This document shows positions 37,545 through 41,123 of a stretch of 41,123 bases of DNA, piece after piece (the stretch's first letter is position 1; each line of letters starts with the position of its first letter). Under the pieces are notes generated by a model that was not told where the DNA came from, made no database searches, and worked only from the letters and a program-made list of their open reading frames with translations. The stretch comes from a virus (lineage: Duplodnaviria; Caudoviricetes). The position numbers and the translations under genes are program-made. The stretch spans positions 1-41,123 of IMG/VR virus record IMGVR_UViG_3300034073_002339; one strand, given 5' to 3'.

Positions 37545-38180
37545 ATGGCTAAGACATATAAACCAACAAGCGGCATGGCTAGTGCCGCTAGACGAGCACT
37601 TAAATGGAAACAAGAAGGTAAACCAGGCGGTACGCTTGTTGGCTTAGCCAGGGCTAACCAACTAAAAGATCGTGATCCACTTACTGCTAGCACAGTATTA
37701 CGTATGTACAGCTTTTTTAGTCGTCATGAAGTAGATAAACGAGCAACTGGTTTTAATAGTGGAGAAGAAGGTTTTCCTAGTAAAGGCCGTGTAGCTTGGG
37801 ATCTTTGGGGCGGAGACGGTGGCTATAGTTGGAGTAGTGCTAAACGCAATCAAATTATGCGAGAACGTGAAGGAAAAGCACTACAATTAATAAAACTTAC
37901 ACAAAAAGGTCTTGTGCCAAAACCAGTACGCATGATGGCCGCCCAAGTAATTGAAGATTATGCTAACAATAATATTAGTGAGGAACTAGAAGCATTTGGT
38001 CAATTTATGTATCATGCTGAATTGTTACGTAACGACCACTTAGATGTATACTTAGTAGACTTACATCAAGTAGATCAACCATATCGTGATATACTAATTA
38101 ATATCTTTAGTGAATTGGACAGTATGGATGATGACAATAGTATAGATGTAGAAGATAGTGATCAAGATACACCACTATAA
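37545..38180 (+). CDS. Conserved phage hypothetical protein
   Basis: AAGGAG RBS. Basic N-terminal domain with RMYSFFSRHEVDK and GRVAWDLWGGDGG motifs, acidic C-terminal half. Confidence 0.75.
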   Translation: MAKTYKPTSGMASAARRALKWKQEGKPGGTLVGLARANQLKDRDPLTASTVLRMYSFFSRHEVDKRATGFNSGEEGFPSKGRVAWDLWGGDGGYSWSSAKRNQIMREREGKALQLIKLTQKGLVPKPVRMMAAQVIEDYANNNISEELEAFGQFMYHAELLRNDHLDVYLVDLHQVDQPYRDILINIFSELDSMDDDNSIDVEDSDQDTPL

Positions 38181-38212
38181 AAAAGAAAAGCCCGCTTATA
38201 GCGGGCTTTTTT
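38181..38212. terminator. Bidirectional rho-independent terminator
   Basis: AAAAGCCCGC-TTATA-GCGGGCTTTT with A and T runs on both sides, between convergent gene blocks. Confidence 0.92.
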
Positions 38213-38217
38213 ATTGT

Positions 38218-38382
38218 TTAAATACTTGGTTGTTCGTCCTCAGTATTTGGTAGCTGTGGTTGAGCTTGTTTTTGAATCTTATTACTAAGAGGATTAGCTA
38301 TCTTAGCAGGTAATTCCTGTAAGGCAGCTAATAGTGTATTTGCTTCTTGTACTGTAAATGTAAATGTAAGTTCTTTATCCAT
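38218..38382 (-). CDS. 54-aa hypothetical protein (not in ORF track)
   Basis: Hand translation MDKELTFTFTVQEANTLLAALQELPAKIANPLSNKIQKQAQPQLPNTEDEQPSI*. Fills the gap between the nrdJ stop and the terminator. Confidence 0.75.
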   Translation of the reverse strand: MDKELTFTFTVQEANTLLAALQELPAKIANPLSNKIQKQAQPQLPNTEDEQPSI

Positions 38383-38386
38383 GATT

Positions 38387-40351
38387 TTATTTTACCGGAC
38401 ATACTCCACTAGCACATTCATCGTCTAATAATTCATCAAAACTATTAGCCGACTCAATGTCAATCGGTTTTAGGTTATAAACATAATCTTTATAGGTTTT
38501 TTCATCAACTACTTCTTGCGGTAAATAGAGATAACCTAAATCTTGTGCAGTTTTAGTAGGATCAGTTCTATAGATAAAACTTACGCCTACATAGCAATCC
38601 CAGTTATTTAGTAACCAGTCAATAATCTCTGGTACTTCACTAGGATCATAACTAATAGTTACACTAGTATTTTGCTGAGTCCAGCTAGTTTGCAGCAATT
38701 TATATCGTTCTAGCTGATAAACAGCACTTTCAAGATTAACTTCTTTACCGTTTTCTTTGTGGAATGGTACATCTTTCCATTCTACTGGGAATGTTACAAG
38801 TACGCCGGTTGGGTCTGTGGGGTGATTGATCACTTTATAACCGGCGTCTCGTAATAGGGGAATCATTGGATCGTATGTACTAAACTGCACATTGTTGAAA
38901 ATGTACTTGCCTAGTGGCTTGTGTACTCCTTCTGTACAATCCATGATTTTTGATAACGTGCCACTCGGCTTAATACAAGTAACATTCTTAGGACGTGGTA
39001 GTCCTAATTCATCGGCCATTGAAATGGCACTACTAGTAGCAGTGCGCTTGAGATATTCATAATCGTAACTAGTCATATCAGGACGCATTGCAATACCTGT
39101 TAAACCAACCCCGCAGAGACGTAGGAAATAGTTGTTAAGGTGCCATGCTTCTTGTAAGATCCCGTCTTTAAGGTTAACACAGGTCTGACGATAATTAGCC
39201 CTGGCAGCCAGTCTGATCGCATCGTGTAATCCGGCAGTGTCACCTTTAAACTTGGAGATGTCCGTTTCTGTAAGATTACAGAAGGACTTGTTGCCCAAGA
39301 GGATTTCGACACAGGGATTCGCTCCTTTAAACCACGGAGCACGTCTAAGAGCTTCTTGTTCATTGATAAATCCTGGTTCACTACCACCAGCCTCTAGCAT
39401 AAGATTAAATATTTCTTTAAGCTCTTGGCGAGTAGGCTTTTCTTTAAACACTAAACTGTTATTTGATTGTTGTCTGTGCTCACGTCCATACAACCAAAAA
39501 TCTTTTTTAGCTATTGCAAATTCTTGCCATTCCGGTTGACCATAGTCAAAAAGAGCGATTTCAGCCGATCTACGACTGGACAGGATTGTTCCCAAATGGT
39601 TAACAATATCCAATATATCCATGCGAGTAAGCAAACTATCGGCACGACCATTAAGTATGTTGGCAATTGCAACATAAGCTTTTGAGATAGCACTGTCACC
39701 ACTGCTAATCCATCCATATCCTTTTAACCTTTCTCCAGCAGGTCTTAATTGGCTAAAATCAAGTACAAGAGTATCAGCAGGATACTTGCCCGCAAGCAGC
39801 TTTCCAATAGACTTGGCCCAGGCCTCTGCGCTGTCTCCAACTTGAATTGTCCAAGTTTTTGTACTGGCGTCCCAGGTTTCAACATTGTGTTCAAGTCCGC
39901 CCTTAGCTGTTCGTTGACTCTTAACAACTTGAATATTTTTAATTGGTTTTGAGAATCCATTTAGTGTGCCTACAATAGGTTTGAAGCCCACACCACAACC
40001 TTGCAGTAGTAGCCACAAACAATCTACTACATCATATACTGTTTCTACTTGAGTAAAGCTACAGTTAAATTGACTAGCTTCTCTAGTCTGTGCTACTGGT
40101 GTACCGCCCAACCACAGTGTACGTCCAGCCATTAATACTTTGCGCTCTAGCATGAGCTTTTCTAGTTCATCTAGTTCTGCTACTTCGTGGAAGTAAAGCT
40201 GACGTCCTGCTGCTCGTTCCCATAACCAATGCTGGTGTTCTCTAACTCGTCTAACAGTTTGTTGCCAGCTTTCAAATTGTTTACCATCATCACTAGTAGG
40301 ACGATTATAAGTTCGTCTAGTGATTACCTGTGCGCGTGTGCTTACTTGCAT
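38387..40351 (-). CDS. nrdJ: Class II (adenosylcobalamin-dependent) ribonucleotide reductase, monomeric RTPR-like
   Basis: FNCSF, ANPCVEI (thiyl Cys), FCNL.E, TCIKPSGTLS, C-terminal CASGVCPVK. No beta-subunit gene adjacent. Confidence 0.88.
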   Translation of the reverse strand: MQVSTRAQVITRRTYNRPTSDDGKQFESWQQTVRRVREHQHWLWERAAGRQLYFHEVAELDELEKLMLERKVLMAGRTLWLGGTPVAQTREASQFNCSFTQVETVYDVVDCLWLLLQGCGVGFKPIVGTLNGFSKPIKNIQVVKSQRTAKGGLEHNVETWDASTKTWTIQVGDSAEAWAKSIGKLLAGKYPADTLVLDFSQLRPAGERLKGYGWISSGDSAISKAYVAIANILNGRADSLLTRMDILDIVNHLGTILSSRRSAEIALFDYGQPEWQEFAIAKKDFWLYGREHRQQSNNSLVFKEKPTRQELKEIFNLMLEAGGSEPGFINEQEALRRAPWFKGANPCVEILLGNKSFCNLTETDISKFKGDTAGLHDAIRLAARANYRQTCVNLKDGILQEAWHLNNYFLRLCGVGLTGIAMRPDMTSYDYEYLKRTATSSAISMADELGLPRPKNVTCIKPSGTLSKIMDCTEGVHKPLGKYIFNNVQFSTYDPMIPLLRDAGYKVINHPTDPTGVLVTFPVEWKDVPFHKENGKEVNLESAVYQLERYKLLQTSWTQQNTSVTISYDPSEVPEIIDWLLNNWDCYVGVSFIYRTDPTKTAQDLGYLYLPQEVVDEKTYKDYVYNLKPIDIESANSFDELLDDECASGVCPVK

Positions 40352-40359
40352 AATGTCTC

Positions 40360-40854
40360 CTATTGTCCAGTACTGCCAAATCCTCCAGTACCTCGTTCTG
40401 TATCATTCCAGCTGTCTACAAAATCACAAAGGATAACTGGCATAATTACCAGTTGTGCAATTCTGTCTCCAACCTCAATTTTGTACTTGTTATCGCTGAT
40501 ATTTTTTAGCAATATTTTTATATTTCCACGATAATCACTGTCAATAACGCCTACTGAATTAAGCAGTATAATTTGCTTTTTTCCTTGTCCCGATCTGTTA
40601 AATACGAACCCGCCGAAGCCCTCTGGAATTTTTACCGCTACACCAGTATCAACAAGTTTCGATTCTCCAGGAAATAATTCAAATGCCTCGGTGCTGCGTA
40701 GGTCTGCGCCTGCATCTGTGGGATTAGCGCGTTTTGGTAAGTATGCTGCATTATCTACTCTACACTCTACTACTTGTTGTATTTTGCCATCACGATTATG
40801 GTCGTACTTACGATTAATATTATTAAATTCTGTTGTTCTATTTACTTTAAGCAT
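40360..40854 (-). CDS. dut: Trimeric dUTPase
   Basis: All five motifs: AGADL, RSG, GVIDSDYRG, GDRIAQL, RGTGGFGSTG. Confidence 0.95.
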   Translation of the reverse strand: MLKVNRTTEFNNINRKYDHNRDGKIQQVVECRVDNAAYLPKRANPTDAGADLRSTEAFELFPGESKLVDTGVAVKIPEGFGGFVFNRSGQGKKQIILLNSVGVIDSDYRGNIKILLKNISDNKYKIEVGDRIAQLVIMPVILCDFVDSWNDTERGTGGFGSTGQ

Positions 40855-41123
40855 AGTTCTAGGGTTTCGTCAATTTGTTTACAATACTCAGCACCTATAG
40901 CATCTTGGCAATAGGTTACTAAATCCATTAGTTGATAATTTAATTCTAGTTGTTGTTTCGATTGATTAATCGCTTCAATGTACTTATAACGTCCAGGTAT
41001 AGGAATACTACTAATAATATCCCAGGTAGTACCATACTCTTCAACAAGTTGCTGAGCACGTTTAGGTCCAACGCCAGGCACACCAGGGACATTATCGCCA
41101 CTATCGCCCATAAGACACTTAAC
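40842..41123 (-). CDS. 5'-3' exonuclease / flap endonuclease (T5 D15-like), C-terminal part; truncated by window edge
   Basis: H3TH motif LMGDSGDNVPGVPGVGPKRA. Frame is open to the window end. Confidence 0.88.
   Translation of the reverse strand, partial: VKCLMGDSGDNVPGVPGVGPKRAQQLVEEYGTTWDIISSIPIPGRYKYIEAINQSKQQLELNYQLMDLVTYCQDAIGAEYCKQIDETLELCLK

Noticed and set aside
1-41123. Alternative genetic code, tRNA genes, introns or inteins
   Set aside because: Genes are full length and tightly packed under code 11 with TAA, TAG and TGA all used as stops. I saw no cloverleaf, and nrdJ, phoH and dut are uninterrupted.

Overview
AT-rich dsDNA tailed-phage genome segment (standard genetic code). The host is probably Gram-negative, inferred from the spanins and lipoproteins. 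Plus strand 1-38180 is the late region: the C-terminal part of a tail-tip (J/pb3-like) protein, a tail fibre with an S74 autochaperone, a subtilisin (S8) protease, and an intergenic block (GC-rich structured element, terminator, sigma70 promoter). Next comes a ~23 kb array of modular tail-fibre, adaptor, glycine-rich adhesin and chaperone-like paralogs, including a 1969-aa LamG+RCC1 protein. After it come spanins and a GH19 endolysin, a six-gene cluster of uncharacterised exported/membrane proteins, phoH and a conserved hypothetical gene. A bidirectional terminator at ~38.2 kb separates this from the convergent minus-strand block: flap/5'-3' exonuclease (partial), dUTPase, class II ribonucleotide reductase and a 54-aa ORF missing from the ORF track. 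The layout resembles T5-like phages. Best candidates for undescribed biology: (1) the exported-protein operon at 32263-36837, headed by a secreted Asn/Thr amyloid-like repeat protein; (2) the plug-and-socket multi-adhesin array; (3) a protease carrying a putative fibre-tip attachment motif; (4) a candidate ncRNA at 6918-6999. Family assignments come from motif recognition by eye; no searches were run.
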